Positions 29,501-46,680 of a DNA stretch of 64,000 nt are shown one piece after another. Where the stretch lies: assembly GCF_009914755.1 (NCBI RefSeq), contig NC_060926.1; one strand, given 5' to 3'. Position 1 is the stretch's first letter; each line of letters begins with the position of its first letter. A program made the position numbers and the translations under genes. The notes below the pieces were generated by a model that was given only the letters and a program-made list of their open reading frames with translations, had not been told where the DNA came from and made no database searches. This stretch comes from the human T2T-CHM13v2.0 reference genome, Homo sapiens.

Positions 29501-31630
29501 TGAATTGTTTCATGTAAATAGGAAATTTCCTGTACTTTACTAAGAGCCACATATTGAACTGCTCAAGGTACTAGTTTTCTTATTTACGTTCTACAGTGTT
29601 AATGTATAATGTTGGACATACACTTTTTCTGTGTCTGGTTAAATTCAAGTGCCTTTTTCATGAGCTTCGACTTCTAGGTTATCTAAATGGGTTTTCCTTA
29701 AGGAGAAGCAATTATACTGCTTTATCTTTATCTCTTTTTTTTTCACTGGCTTAAGAAAACACAATTTTACATTTTATCAAAATAATTTTCTGTGTTATCT
29801 TTATTAGATTTTTTTATCACTTAGGAAAATGAGCTTTGAAAATCTTATGTTTTTTTAATATCCATGTAATTTTCTGCACTGCTTTTGAAGTATTTGATTA
29901 TCAATCTGCTTACATGAATGACTACTAATTTACAGTGATCTGATCTATGATCCTGCTTTCATCAAATGTTAAACCTTTTGGTATCTTTAATGCGCTTCCC
30001 CACTGTAAAAATTCTAAATTAAGTCTTTTGTACCTAGATTAAGGTTTGGGATTTTCCGTTCAGGCCCCTAGACAGCCTCAAAGAACATATTTCTCATCTA
30101 GTAGAGATATTAAATGAGTAGGCCTATTTGGTAAATTGTATAGAAAGCACGGTCAAATGCAAAGCGACGGTAGATCTTTCCATTATATTCGAGTATGCTA
30201 TTGCTAGGAAAGTTTCAAAATTGTGTAAAACTTTTAGAAATCTGACATGTTATCAGTCATAATTCTGGTTATTATTTTATATCCTATAAAATATCCACAT
30301 TTCCTTCTCAATTTCTGGTTATGTTGAACTTTCATCAGATTTTTATCATTGTTATTCTAAGATTTTGTCATCTACAGTTACTGTTTTGAATTCTTCTCTA
30401 CAGACATTTGCAATTAGATTAATGGAAAAGACTAGAGTCTTAGAGTCTTAGAATTCTTAGACAAGTCTTAGAATCTTTAAATACAGGATTCTAGTAACTT
30501 TAAAATCAATAGACTAAACAAATTTTCAAAGCTCTGATGAAGAAACTAATGAACTCATAAAACTGCTTATCAAAATCAAGTAAAACTAAAATTAATTACA
30601 TGAGATTAAGCAACTGATAATTTTTATAACTTTTATTTAAAATATCATTTGTTCTTTAGTTAAAGGTTTTGTTTTCCAGATTTAACAACTTTTTTTTCTC
30701 TTAAGCTTTCTATAGCTTACAAAAATTTGGTAAAGTATACTTTTGCAAAGAAACATTTGTTTATTTTCCCTCTTGATCCTTCTAAAATTCAAAAACTATC
30801 CATGAGTATTCTTATTTTTATGGCCAAAAAATGGTTATTTACATAAGTCCCTTAAGAGTCTGCTCTCTTTATAACAGTATACAATTAGATACATTGACTA
30901 TATTGCCAAGGCTTTAACTGAAATATCATACTTGAGAATGTGTATAGAATGCCAAGCTTCAAGAATTTCCAGCCTTACAGTGAGAGAGTAAAAGTTGTCA
31001 CTTCTTGGTAGACCCAGTAACCTTAATAATGCAGGTACAATCTAAAGTCGGCCTTGGTTTGGCTTTCTAGCCTTAAAATATTTTAAAATCAGACATTCCT
31101 ATGTGATCAATGTACAGAGAAAAAAAATGTTTCTAGAGAAAAACTATAATATACCTGTTACTAGATTACAGCCCTGTACATATTTTTCACGTTTTTATTT
31201 TCTACCTGTAGACTAGACTAGATCTTGAGTTCTTCATTCCTCTAATTCAACTTTCTTCCACAAAATTACTAAATATGGGAACTGCTCTGTTCCTGAAGAT
31301 CTGTAGCTGAAAGTATATGAATTTTAAGTGACAAGTCTTGTGCCTGATGTATGGGTCACATAAAAAGTTCACTAAACCACTAAACGCTATAACCAGAGAC
31401 ATTAAAATTCCAAATTAGGACAAGAGGTTGATGCCTTCATGCTGTAGACAGCTTTTTATAAGATGTCAGAATAAGCCTCCATACCATAATGAGACTGTTA
31501 CCCCTCCTAATACTTACCTTTCTTACCTGACAGGATAATGATGTAATGGAAATTTTATAATCAGTAGTTTCTGCTGGTAACTTGACATAATCCAACCCAA
31601 GAGATCCTATAATATCTATTGGTTAAATTA

Positions 31631-31960
31631 GGAGATGTCTGTGCTGTTGCTCATGCTATATGCTGTACCTAGATTAATTCCTCTGGGAATGCTGAGACCA
31701 ACATACACAAAATAAGAAAGCAGGCCACGGAGTATGGTTTTTAAAATTTATTCAGTTGGTTGCCTTTAGGCCTAAGTTCATGGCTCAAAACTATTATGCA
31801 AATGGAGATTATCATTTTACTGTGATTTTCCTTTTGAAACTTTTTATCTGTTACTTGTTAAACTTCTGCAGAAGTACAACTTCTAGCAGAATAATACTGG
31901 CCCAGCACATTGAGATGATCGTAAAAGACTGCAGAACAGAAAAAATTGAACTTAATAACT
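31631..31960 (+). pseudogene. env: ERV env transmembrane-subunit relic
   Basis: GDVCAVAHAICCT*INSSGNAETNIHKIRKQA matches the gamma-type CX6CC motif; then GLSSWLKTIMQ and a hydrophobic segment with frameshifts. Confidence 0.8.
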
Positions 31961-32216
31961 GACACCAGGAAGACTTAACCTGAAAGCTACTCCCTTCAAA
32001 CCACCTTGTTGCTGAAATATTGTTAAATATTGTTAAAAATTGTTAAAAGGGTTTTGATGCTGACTCCTAGTTGCCAATCACTTCCTCTGACATGGGACCA
32101 GACCAACAACCTGGGGCAGGTATATCCTGTTACTGAGCGAGGGACCATCAAAACCTAACTACAGGGTGATTGATCAGTGACGTTTTCAGAAAAATATCTT
32201 GACCTAAAGGGAAAAA

Positions 32217-32658
32217 TGTGAAAGTTGTCAGAATCAAAATGGAGTCACTTGTGTTATTAAAAAAAACATAAACCTGAAAAATAGAGACAGTGAAGCCCAT
32301 GAAGGGAGCCCACGCATGGATGCTTGATAAAAAGTATTACAAATGACTCTCCAAAACCACAACCTTGCACAACTGCCATCACAACCTAACACAAGAAATA
32401 CTTTTGTGAGGACATCCACGTAGCAACTCCCTGTGGAAACTTGGACTTACACCACGCTTGTTATTGATTCATGCAGTCAAAGTTAAATATCTCAAAACGA
32501 TTATATAACCCTCCTCATTTTTCTTTTTGAAGTCTTTGTCTTTCTTTACCTTCCTGAACAGTACATAGTTTACTATGGCATGGGTATTCCCATTGCCATG
32601 TCCATTCCCAAATAAATATTTTCTTTTAGAGAGTCTCTCTCTGTTATTTAGGTTGACA
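32217..32658 (+). mobile_element. 3' LTR (LTR37-like), complete
   Basis: TGTGAAAGTTGTCAGAATCAAAATGGAGTCAC...TTATTTAGGTTGACA. Confidence 0.9.
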
Positions 32659-34777
32659 AGATCAGTGCAAATGTTTATGTCTGCAAGTTGATGTTTGGGT
32701 AATGGGTAAACTACTTTAGAAAATGGTCTGTCATTTTTTGGTAACATTGAACAACTCTCTTGCTGCACCCACCAGACATAGGAAGAAGGCAGTTGTGTGT
32801 GCATGTCCACAGCCCCGAGATTGTTCTCACATGGCAAGAAGCAATGAGAAAGCACAAGTGGACAGGCTGTAGTTGAAGGTGCTGAGGAAGACTCGAAATG
32901 ACATCTTGTGTGGCTTTAATTCCCATTCACCTGTCACTTTCTCATGTATGGATGTCTGATAACAAAAGTATTAAAAAATCTTAATGTAGGCAAAATGATT
33001 TGTCTTTTGTTTTCCAAATAATACTTTCTGCGTTTTGTTTGAGGTAGGCTCACCACCTTGAAACCATAATGATATTTTCAGTGATTATTTTTCTAAATAT
33101 TTTAAAGTTTTATATTTGTATTTCAGTTTTTAATCTACAGGGTATTGTTTTTTTGTGTCTGACAAAAGGTGGGGATTTGATTTCGTTCTTTTTCTTTCTA
33201 CATGGTTATCATGGTTATATCATTTTCCCGGCAAAATTAATTGACGGATCCATCTTATCCAAATTGAATGGCAATGCCGGTTTTTAACATACCCTCTTTT
33301 CACATGTGTGCATATTCTGGTTCTGGGGTCTCTGTTGAGAATTTGATTAGAATTGCAATGAAGTTATTAATCAATTTGGTCAGAATTGTAGTACTGTTTA
33401 GTCTTCTTATGCATGAATATGTTATGTATCTTTATGTAAGTCTTTTATAATGTTTAAAATAAAATTTTATAATTTTCTACATAAAGAATCTACATATCAC
33501 TTGTTGCATTTATTCCTAAGTATCTTATATTTTTGTTTCTATTTTAAATGGAGATGTTTTAAACTTGCATTTATGTTTCTTGCTGGAATATAAAAATGCA
33601 TTGATTTTTTATTTTTTCTTGTGTCCAGGAACATAATTAATTAATGTCTTATCTTAATATTAATACATTTATCTATCTATGCATCTGTTTATTTGGAATT
33701 TTCTATGTACATAGCCTTATGATTGCCGATAATGATATACTTCCTTTCTCTTCTCCAATCCTCATACTTTTATTTCCTTCTTGTCTTACTACACCTGTCA
33801 GTGCTCTATTGAAAAGAAAAGGAGGGTGTTGGTATCTTCGTTTTTTTCCTACATGTTAAAGAGGATGCATCAGCGTTTCACTGCTAAGAATATATCTATT
33901 TAAAGTTTTTTGCAGATTTTCTTTTTAATCGGGATATGGACATTTTCTTTTATTCATGGTTTGTTAAGGATTTTAACTTTATGAAAACAGAGTGTTAAAC
34001 TGTTGTGCATATATTTTCTGCAACTATTGAGATAATCATATATGGATTTACTTTGTTGATGTGATCATATGGTAATTGCATTAATAGTTTCTAAAAATTA
34101 TATTCCCAGATGATCTGAAATTGATCATAATGTATTATATTTTTATATTAATTGCTGAATTTAATATGCATATGTATATTTTATTTTTAGGAACTTGCAG
34201 TTAATTACATGAGTGAGATTTTCCTATTTTCTTTCTTGTTTTGCCCTTTGTCTAGTTTTGATATCAAGATTCTACTACCCTCATAAAAAGAGCTGAAGAG
34301 TAATATTTTTGTGTTCCTTAAAAATGTGTAAAGATACAAAATGATCTTCCTTATGCTTATCTGTCCTTGGAATTTTTGTTAGAACCTGTCTCTAAACCCA
34401 TGGAGGCATGATGGCTTTATTTGTGGAAAAATATTCTATTTACTTGATTGAATTTGGTTGATGTTTAAGAAACAATTTAGATTTTAAATTTCTTATTAGA
34501 TAACATTTGTAATTTGTATGTTTTTTTAGAATGCCTTCATTTCCTAAGTTTTAAATTGTTTTGACACACAGATTTCATAATAGATTATTACCTATTAAAA
34601 ATCTCTTTTGTATTTGTAACTTTAATTTAATTTTAATATTGGTTATTTGAGTGTCTCTACTCTTATTTCATGAACAGTTTTCCTAGAGGTTTATCAATTT
34701 TGTTTTTCCAAAGAACTTTAGTTTTCAGTGTGTCTTTTGAAAACAAAATATTGTTGGATTTTTAAAAAATCCAGTTT

Positions 34778-35087
34778 GGCCTGGTCATAGTGGCTCATAA
34801 CTATAATCTCAGCATGTTGGGAGCCTGAGGCAGGAGGATCACTTGAACCCAGGAGCTTGAGACCAGTCTGGGCAACATAGTGAGACCCTGTCTCTACAAA
34901 GCACTTAAAAAATTAGCTGAGTGTGGTGGTGCACTCCTGCAGTCCTAGCTACTTTGGAGGCTGAGGCAGGGGGATCACTTGAACCCAGGAGGTCAAGGTT
35001 TCAGTGAGTTGTGATCCTACCACTGCATTCTTCCAGCCTATGTGACAGAGAGAGACCCTGTTTCTAAACAACAAACAAATAATAAAA
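34778..35087 (+). mobile_element. AluJ
   Basis: Dimeric Alu; TSD ATCCAGTTT. Confidence 0.9.
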
Positions 35088-35296
35088 CATCCAGTTTGAT
35101 GAGTTTAACCTCTTACATAAACATTGAGTGCATATTTCATATATGTAAATTTATTTCCAGCGTATTATTTTGGTATCTCTATTTGTCCGGTTTTTCTATC
35201 TCTCTATGATTTTTTAGATTTATTTTTCTCAGATTAAATTATTTTTTCTTCACTAATTAGGGATTGATAATCTCTCTATATTTTTTAAGTGGTCGC

Positions 35297-35804
35297 TGTA
35301 TTAGTTTCCTATTTTTGCTGTAACAAATTTACCACAAACTTAGTGACTTAAAACAACAGAAATGTATTGTTTTATGGTACTGGAGGTCTGAAGTCTGAAA
35401 GAAACTGGGCTAAAATCAAAGTGTCAGCAGGGCTGTGTTCCTTTTTGGAGGCGCTGGGAGATAATCTGTTTTCTGGCCTTGTCTGGCTTCTGAAGGCAGC
35501 TGGCATTCCTTGACTCATGATCCACTTCTATCTTTCAGGACAGCAATGGTCCACAGAGCTTTCCCCACATTGCATCATGCTGACACCAACCCTTCTGTGT
35601 AGCTCTTCTACAGTTAAGGATGATAGTGATTACTTTATGCTCACCTGTATAATCTAGGATAATCAATTTATATTAAGGTTAGCAGATTGGCCATCTTAAA
35701 TTCATTTGCTACCTCAATTTCCTTTTGCCATGTAATGTAGCATTTATAGGTTCCTGGGATTAGGATATGGACATCTTTGGTAGGCCCTTATTCTGCCTAC
35801 CACA
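35297..35804 (-). mobile_element. MLT1C/D MaLR solo LTR
   Basis: TGTATTAGTTTCCT...aaatcaaagtgtcagcagggctgtgttcc...TTCTGCCTACCACA. Confidence 0.88.
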
Positions 35805-37247
35805 ATCACTCTAGAAATTTTGGCATGTGTATTTGACTCAACAAATCTAATGCTAATCTTTATCTTTCTCCCAAACAAGACAAGGTACTTAAAACTTGTA
35901 AATTTTTACCCATACCCTTTTTACAGGCAATTCAAGATTTTAGTTCTATTTTGATTTTTTCCAATCCAAAATAGAGGTTATTGGTATTATTTTCTAGACA
36001 AAACAATCATTTAGATATACCTATAACATGTAGTGTTAATTGTACACAATTCCTTCTTGCATCTCTCTTCTGGAATTATATCATTATTCCTTTTTTTCCT
36101 TGATGTATTTCATTAGTGAGAGTCTCTTGTTAGTGACCTCTTTCAACTTTTATTTGTAGGTAAACATTTTTATTCTACCTTAATTTAAAAATAATATTGC
36201 TGAGTATATACATCTAGATTGAAAGTTATGTTCTCACAGCAATACTGCCTTCCATATTTTTGCTGTTGAAAAGTTGAATGTCAGTCAAATTGTCCTTCTC
36301 CTAAAAGTAAACTATATATTTTTTTGTTTGCATGCTTTGTCTCTTTGAGTTCTACAGCTTCATTAAGGAGCATCCTAATTTGATTTGATACTGATTTCTG
36401 GTTCTTTATTCTGTTTGAGGTTTATTTTCTAGAATTTAAAAATTGTTGTCTTTCATCTACTCAGAAAATTCTTTGCTATTATATCTCTAAATATTGCCTA
36501 TTTGGTTTTTTTGGTGTGTGTGTGTTGAGGGGGCAGGTTCTCTCCTAGTTCTCTAACCAGATATATTGGGTTTTGTTATTCTATGTCTTCTGTATCTTTA
36601 TCTAAATTTTATACTATTTTTATACTATATATATATTATATACTCAGCATTTTAATGGGCCACTGTTCTCCTGATGCATTTTGGATAATGACTTCAATTC
36701 TGTTTTTCAGGTGACGTGGAAAATAACTGATGATTTGAATAAGTTCAGCCTTTGGGGTTGATTTTGTAGTTTGTTTACATTTTTTATGCTGGCTTTATTT
36801 GTGTATGAATTGTTTCTATATTTGTTTAATGGTTTCTCCTTGTTAGTTCATGTTTCTTGAAAATTTATGTTTGATAAAGGATGTCTGTGTTTGTTTTTGC
36901 TGGTTACTTGAAGACCCAATCAACCCAAGAGCTTTGTGGCTAAAGTTTTTCAGGCCACATAAATAGTGTGAATAGTAGCCCCAAACCCGTGTTGTTTAGG
37001 GTTCTAGCTTATGAATTCTCTCAACTGCCTTTTTTTTGTCTGTCTGTTCCACACATTCATAGCCAAGATCTACATAGCAAACCTTCTGTAGGGAGAAGTT
37101 CTTATGTTCATAGTTCACTCACTGAGAGTGTTGTCCTTTGGTGGGCTCAGGTTTATTAGGGTCTCCCTAATATTGGCACTCCAGGCCTTGTCTGCTTTTA
37201 CTTGACTTAATGTGACCCATTAAAATGCTGAATCTGTTATATATGTA

Positions 37248-37770
37248 TGAATTGAAAACAGGTATTTGAACAGATATTTGTACATAAATATTCATGGGAG
37301 CATTATTCACAGCAGTCAAAATGTGGAAACAATCTAAGTATCCATTGATGCATGAATGGATAAACAAAACAAAATGTGGTGCATGCATACAATGGAATAC
37401 TATTAAGCCTTAAAAAAGAATGAGATTCTGATACATGCTGCAACATGGATAAGCCTTAAAAACATTATGTTAAGTAAAATAAACCAACCACAAAATGATA
37501 AATATTATTATTTCATATATATGAAATATTCAAAATAAGCACATTCTTAGAGACAGAAAGTAAATTAGAGGCTATCAGGAGCCAGAGAAGAGAAAAATGG
37601 ATTAGACCATGATTTAATGGGTATAGAGTTTCTGTTTGGGGTGATGGAAAAGTTATAGAAATAGATAGAAGTGATAGTTGCATAACAGTGTGAATGCAAT
37701 TAATGCCACTGAATTGTACGCTGAAAATTGTATTTCTAATGTTATATTTATTTCAATTGCACTTAAAAGA
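37248..37770 (+). mobile_element. L1MB-type 3' end
   Basis: 'gaattgaaaacaggtattt...gcattattcacagcag...gggtatagagtttctgtttggggtgatggaaaag'. Confidence 0.85.
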
Positions 37771-38879
37771 AATTCCAAATAAAGCCAAATCTCATCCCCC
37801 ACATATTAGCAGATGCCCTCAGAGCATTCTCTGACTGTAGTGTTCACTCAGCCACAGCTCTCCACATCCATGGTTTCTGATTTTTGCCCTTTGTTTACCT
37901 GTGCCTCAACCATGTTTTAAAACTATGTTAAAATATATCTATCTTATTCAGTCTTGAGGTACTCAGTTGAAATATTTTTAGAAACAGTTTTCCCCTGGAG
38001 AAATTTGTGAATCAGAAAGCACATATGTGATAGTTGAGAGCAAGGATAAAAGATATCTATTGTTTGCACCAGGAGCACACATCCCAATAATGATGGGTGG
38101 GTTTGCCCAGCCGCATCATTCAATCTTGCCCCGCAGTCCAGATGACCCCAACACTTGTGCCAAGTCAGAGGATTCAGAACATGATGGCTACAATTGAAAC
38201 TCACTCATCTCCAGTTGCCTGCTCATTTTTCTGGCCATTCAGGGGGAGATTCAAAATCTGCTGTTTTGTTCCTCTCTTTTGCTCTGTAATTATATTTGCT
38301 TTCACAAAAGGCTGTATGAAGGCCAAGTCGGAGATTTGTGTGGTGCAAGATGTCTCAGACGGCTTTCTATCCATAAATGGAAGATGAGGATTAATTCCTT
38401 TATTTCTCAAGTAAATCAGTGTGGATCCATTGGCATGCTGCTAGCAAAAGTTCCTTGATCAAATACATTTTTCACAATGTACAGACTGCCAACTGTTGTT
38501 ACAGCACTCTGAAAAGAACATTTTCTTGACTTTAGTGTCAGTTATGTTGACTTTGAATTTAGAGGGGAAAAAAAGCCATTAACCTCTAGAAATTATAGAA
38601 AAATGGTGTAGCTGTATGGTGTGGCAAAGTAATGGATAAACAATTATATGCAAATGAATGCAGATACTAGAGGTCTCAGAGGGTAGACTCTCTAACTTCT
38701 CAAATGATTCTCTTGCCATAATCTTGTTAATAGTGGAGCATATGTTGAGTCTTTGTTGGCCTTTTAACACTTTTGTGAGGGTGTACTAGGATTAACAAGT
38801 CAGCCCAAACTATCGCTTTTTCAACTGTATTCCTAGGAATAACCAGTTATGTGAGAGCTCAAGCTATTTTAAACAGCCT

Positions 38880-39400
38880 GATTACATGCATTGATTGATG
38901 ATTGGATTCAGAATAATTTTCTTTCCTTGGCTGAGAAAAAGTGCCGCTATTGACCCTGTTTGTTCAATCAAAATGGTAATGCAACATAAAGCATGCCTGC
39001 TTGTGGCAGCAGCAAGCCAGGGGGAGGCTAAGTTATGCAGGGCCTGCCTCCAAGCTGTGTTTATGAATACAATTGATTGACATTGCCTATGGCCCCTCCT
39101 CAACACACATGCATCCACATGAGCTCCTCTTATTACAGATAAACAAGGCATTGGGATTGCAGAAATGGCTTTACTCCATATTTCACTGGAAAGATAATCA
39201 CTACTCTTCCTTATTTGTGGTGAATGTGCTATCATGTGTAAAAGGGAAAATGATTAAATGTAATGTATTAGCAGAAGCACTGAGAGTCTATACTTGCTAA
39301 AGAAAGTTGATTATTCAAATATCTGCCAGGAGTGTTGTGTTCTTCAGATCGCTTAAAGTGCCCCTCTAATGACAAAATGTGTCATTGTACTCCATTTCTT
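38880..39400. promoter_or_regulatory. Candidate developmental enhancer
   Basis: No recognisable repeat; TGATTGAT (38892), TGTTTGT (38957), TGTTTAT (39058), TGATTGACA (39074), TGACA-n5-TGTCA (about 39370). Function is inferred only. Confidence 0.35.
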
Positions 39401-39759
39401 TCATGTTTGACTTGCTGCTCCGGAATTGCCTCCTTGGCCTCCCACTTCATGAGCACTTCAGGCCCTCGTGAACTCTGTCTTAATAAACACTCCCAAAGGT
39501 GCACAAAAATCTAGAAGGCATGTTGCCATCTGCTTCCACAACCTGATTTTTCAAAACAGCTTCACGTAGTATGTGGATGAAGTGATAGAGGAGACTTGCA
39601 ATAGGGTTGAATGGAGATGGGGTCAGGGCAGGATTCAATAAGCATGAAAAAAGACCAGAAATTAAAGAAAAACAGTGTGGGGAAGAAGTGTTACTTTTTC
39701 TGCTTGTGCAGAGGTTGCCCCTCTTCTGGGAAATGTACCCTCTTACTTCCGTGAAATTT

Positions 39760-40200
39760 TCTTCTTCCAGACCAACCATCCAGTGCTGGTGTGGGACTTC
39801 ATGTTTTTGAGGGCCTCACACTGTTGGTCACAGTTGATTGGTTTGGGGATGGTGACCCACTCACGTTGTGATCATGCTTCTGATTTTGAGTGAAGTTTAG
39901 AGGGTGCACGTTTCAGTTACTTTCTTATTGGTTTAGAGGGTGCAGATATGAGGTGGAGAACCCGAAACATGTAAACCTTGAAGCTACCAGCATTCATGGT
40001 TTCAGTTGTATCAGGGAAGCCCATATGGAAGAAAGAATTTGTTATCTAGATACAAGGAGAGCTGGAGAAAAAGCCTGGGTGGTATTTGAGACCACACAAT
40101 CATCTGGTCATCTCTGAGACCCAGTGGTATCCTCATCTTGCTAGAAGCTTGTCTATTTTGTGAAAACTAATTTGATTTGTATTTCTAATACTACCAGCCA
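39760..40200 (-). mobile_element. LTR16-like ERVL LTR fragment
   Basis: 'ggtcacagttgattggtttggggatggtgaccca' and 'atgtaaaccttgaagctaccagc'; diverged. Confidence 0.5.
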
Positions 40201-40643
40201 AAAAGTTCTGATTATTAGCACAAAATAATTTCCTCTGGAAAATGCACTGTTAAATCAGTTCTAAGGATTTCCCATATTCTAAAGTTTGGATAATTTTTCT
40301 TGATGCAAAAAAATCCTTTTTGATTGCTGGAATTTACAAAAATTGGATAGCAGAATCAGAAGTGACTGTTACTTCCTTATACATTTCCCATTAATGCATT
40401 TCTCACATATATAATAATAATTTTTTTATATATATTTTTATTATACTTTATGTTCTAGGGTGTATGTGCACAACGTGCAGGTTTGTTACATATGTATACA
40501 TGTGCCATGTTGGTGTGCTGCACCCATTAACTCGTCGTTTACATTAGGTAAATCTCTTAATGCTATCCCTCCCCCCTCCCCCCACCCCACAACAGGCCCC
40601 AGTGTGTGATGTTCCCCTTCCTGTGTCGAAGTGTTCTCATTGT

Positions 40644-44441
<3,798 letters not shown>

Positions 44442-44504
44442 TATGATATTAGCTGGTTATTGTGCTCGTTAGTTGATGCAGTTTCTTCCTAGCATTGATG
44501 GTCT

Positions 44505-45522
44505 TTACAATTTGGCATGTTTTTGCAGTGGCTGGCACCGGTTGTTCCTTTCCATGTTTAGTGCTTCCTTCAGGAGCTCTTTTAGGGCAGGCCTGGTGGT
44601 GACAAAATCTCTCAGCGTTTGTTTGTCTGTGAAGGATTCTATTTCTTCTTCACTTATGAAGCTTAGTTTGGCTGGATATGAAAATCTGGGTTGAAAATTC
44701 TTTTCTTTAAGAATGTTGAATATTGGCCCCCACTCGCTTCTGGCTTGTAGAGTTTCTGCCAAGAGATCAGCTGTCAGTCTGATCGGCTTCCCTTTGTGGG
44801 TAACCCAGCCTTTCCCTCTGGCTGCCCTTAACATTTTTTTCCTTCATTTCAACTTTAGTGAACCTGACAATTATGTGTCTTTGAGTTGCACTTCTCGAGG
44901 AGTATCTTTATGGCATTCTCTGTATTTCCTGAATTTGAATGTTGGCCTGCCTTGCTGGGTTGGGGAACTTCTCCTGGATAATATCCTGCAGAGTGTTTCC
45001 CAACTTGGTTCCATTCTCCCGTCACTTTTAGATACACCAATCAGACATAGATTTGGTCTTTTCATACAGCCCCATATTTCTTGGAGGCTTTGTTCATTTC
45101 TTTTTATTCTTTTATCTCTAAAGTTCTCTTCTCGCTTGATTTCATTCATTTGATCTTCCATCACTGATACCCTTTCTTCCAGCTGATTGAATCGGCTAAT
45201 GAAGCTTGTGCGTTTGTCATGTAGTTCTCGTGCCATGGTTTTCAGCTCCATCAGGTCATTTAAGGCCTTCTCTACATTGGTTATTCTAGTTATCCATTTG
45301 TCTAATCTTTTTTCAAGGTTTTTAACTTCTTTGAGATGGGTTCGAACTTCCTCCTTTAGCTCAGAGAAGTTTGGTCATCTGAAGCCTTCTTCTCTCAACT
45401 CATCAAAGTCATTCTCCATCCAGCTTTGTTCCATTGCTGGTGAGGAGCTGCCTTCCTTTGGAGGAGGAGAAGTGCTCTGATTTTTAGGATTTTCAGTTTT
45501 TCTGCTCTGTTTTTTTCCACAT
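44505..45522 (-). pseudogene. L1 ORF1, disrupted
   Basis: ATG at 45522; fragments RNEQSLQEIW, KGKPIRLTADL, YPAKLSF lie in different frames. Confidence 0.95.
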
Positions 45523-45929
45523 CTTTGTTGTTTTATCTACCTTTGGTCTTTGATGATGGTGACGTACAGATGGGGTTTTGGTGTGGATGTCCTTTCTGTT
45601 CATTGGTTTTCCTTCTAACAGTCAGGACCCTCAGCTGCAGGTCTGTTGGAGTTTGCTGGAGGTCCACTCCAGGCCCTGTTTGCCTGGGTATCAGCAGCGG
45701 AGGCTGCAGAACATATTGCTGAACAGCAAATGTTGCTGTCTGATCATTCCTCTGGAAGTTTCGTCTCAGAGGGGTACCCAGCTGTGTGTGGTGTCAGTCT
45801 GCCCCTACTTGGGGTTGCCTCCCAGTTAGGCTACTTGGGGGTCAGGGACCCACTTGAGGAGGCAGTCTGTCCGTTCTCAGATCTCAAACTCCGTGCTGGG
45901 AGAACCAGTACTCTCTTCAAAACTGTCAG

Positions 45930-46532
45930 ACAGGGACATTTAAGTCTGCAGAGGTAGGTTTTTGCTGCCTTTTGTTCGGCTATGCCCTGCCCCCAGAGGT
46001 GGAGTCTACAGAGGCAGGCAGGCCTCCTTGAGCTGTGGTGGGATCCACCCAGTTCGAGCTTCCTGGCCTCTTTTTTTACCTATCAAGCCTCAGCAATGGT
46101 GGGTGCCCCTCCCCCAGCTTTGCTGCCACCTTGCAGTTTGATCTCAAACTGCTGTGCTAGCAGTGAGCGAGGCTCCGTGGGCGTGGGACCCTCTGAACCA
46201 TGCACAGGATATAAATCTCCTGGTGTGCCATTTGGTAAGACCATTGGAAAAGCACAGTATTTGGGTGGGAGTGACCCGATTTTCCAGGTGCCGTCTGTCA
46301 CAGTGTTGCTTGGCTAGGAAAGGGAATTCCCTGACCCCTTGTGCTTCCTATGTGAGGCAATGCCTCACCCTGCTTCGGCTCATGCTTGGTGCGCTGCACC
46401 CGCTGTCCGACAAGCCCCAGTGAGATGAACCCGGTACCTCAGTTGGAAGTGCAGAAATCACCCGTCTTCTGCGTCTCTCACACTGGGAGCTGTAGACTGG
46501 AGCTGTTCCTATTTGGCCATCTTGGAACTGCC
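45930..46532. promoter_or_regulatory. L1 5'UTR sense promoter (minus) and antisense promoter/ORF0 region (plus)
   Basis: YY1 motif; ORF0 start MVGAPPP at 46096. Promoter activity is established for the family but not shown for this copy. Confidence 0.6.
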
Positions 46533-46574
46533 TAGAACTATATAATTATTTGTTAACATCCATAGACCCTAAAC

Positions 46575-46680
46575 ATCTATGAGCTTCTTAAAGGAAGGAC
46601 TTATTTTTGACTCTACAGCTTCACATCCTGGAACAATTTTGGACAAAATTAAGCTTCCAAAAAACATTTGTTCAGTTGGG
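46575..46680 (+). mobile_element. L2 3' end fragment
   Basis: 'tatgagcttcttaaaggaaggact...cctggaaca...aaacatttgttca'. Confidence 0.55.

Larger units (their letters stand above)
32975..37230 (-). mobile_element. Old L1ME-type ORF2 to ORF1/HAL1-like tract, interrupted by AluJ and MLT1D
   Basis: Continuous T-rich antisense L1 motifs (gaatttgattagaattgcaatgaag; ttttgatatcaagattctactaccctcataaaa; tttgctgttgaaaagt). Confidence 0.65.

Noticed and set aside
30426-30478. Short TCTTAGA repeats (and the 10-bp repeat at 32015-32048)
   Set aside because: Ordinary slippage repeats in the ERV interior.
30534-30546. Second CUGAUGA-N-GAAA hammerhead-like core
   Set aside because: No flanking stems I or III found; treated as chance background.
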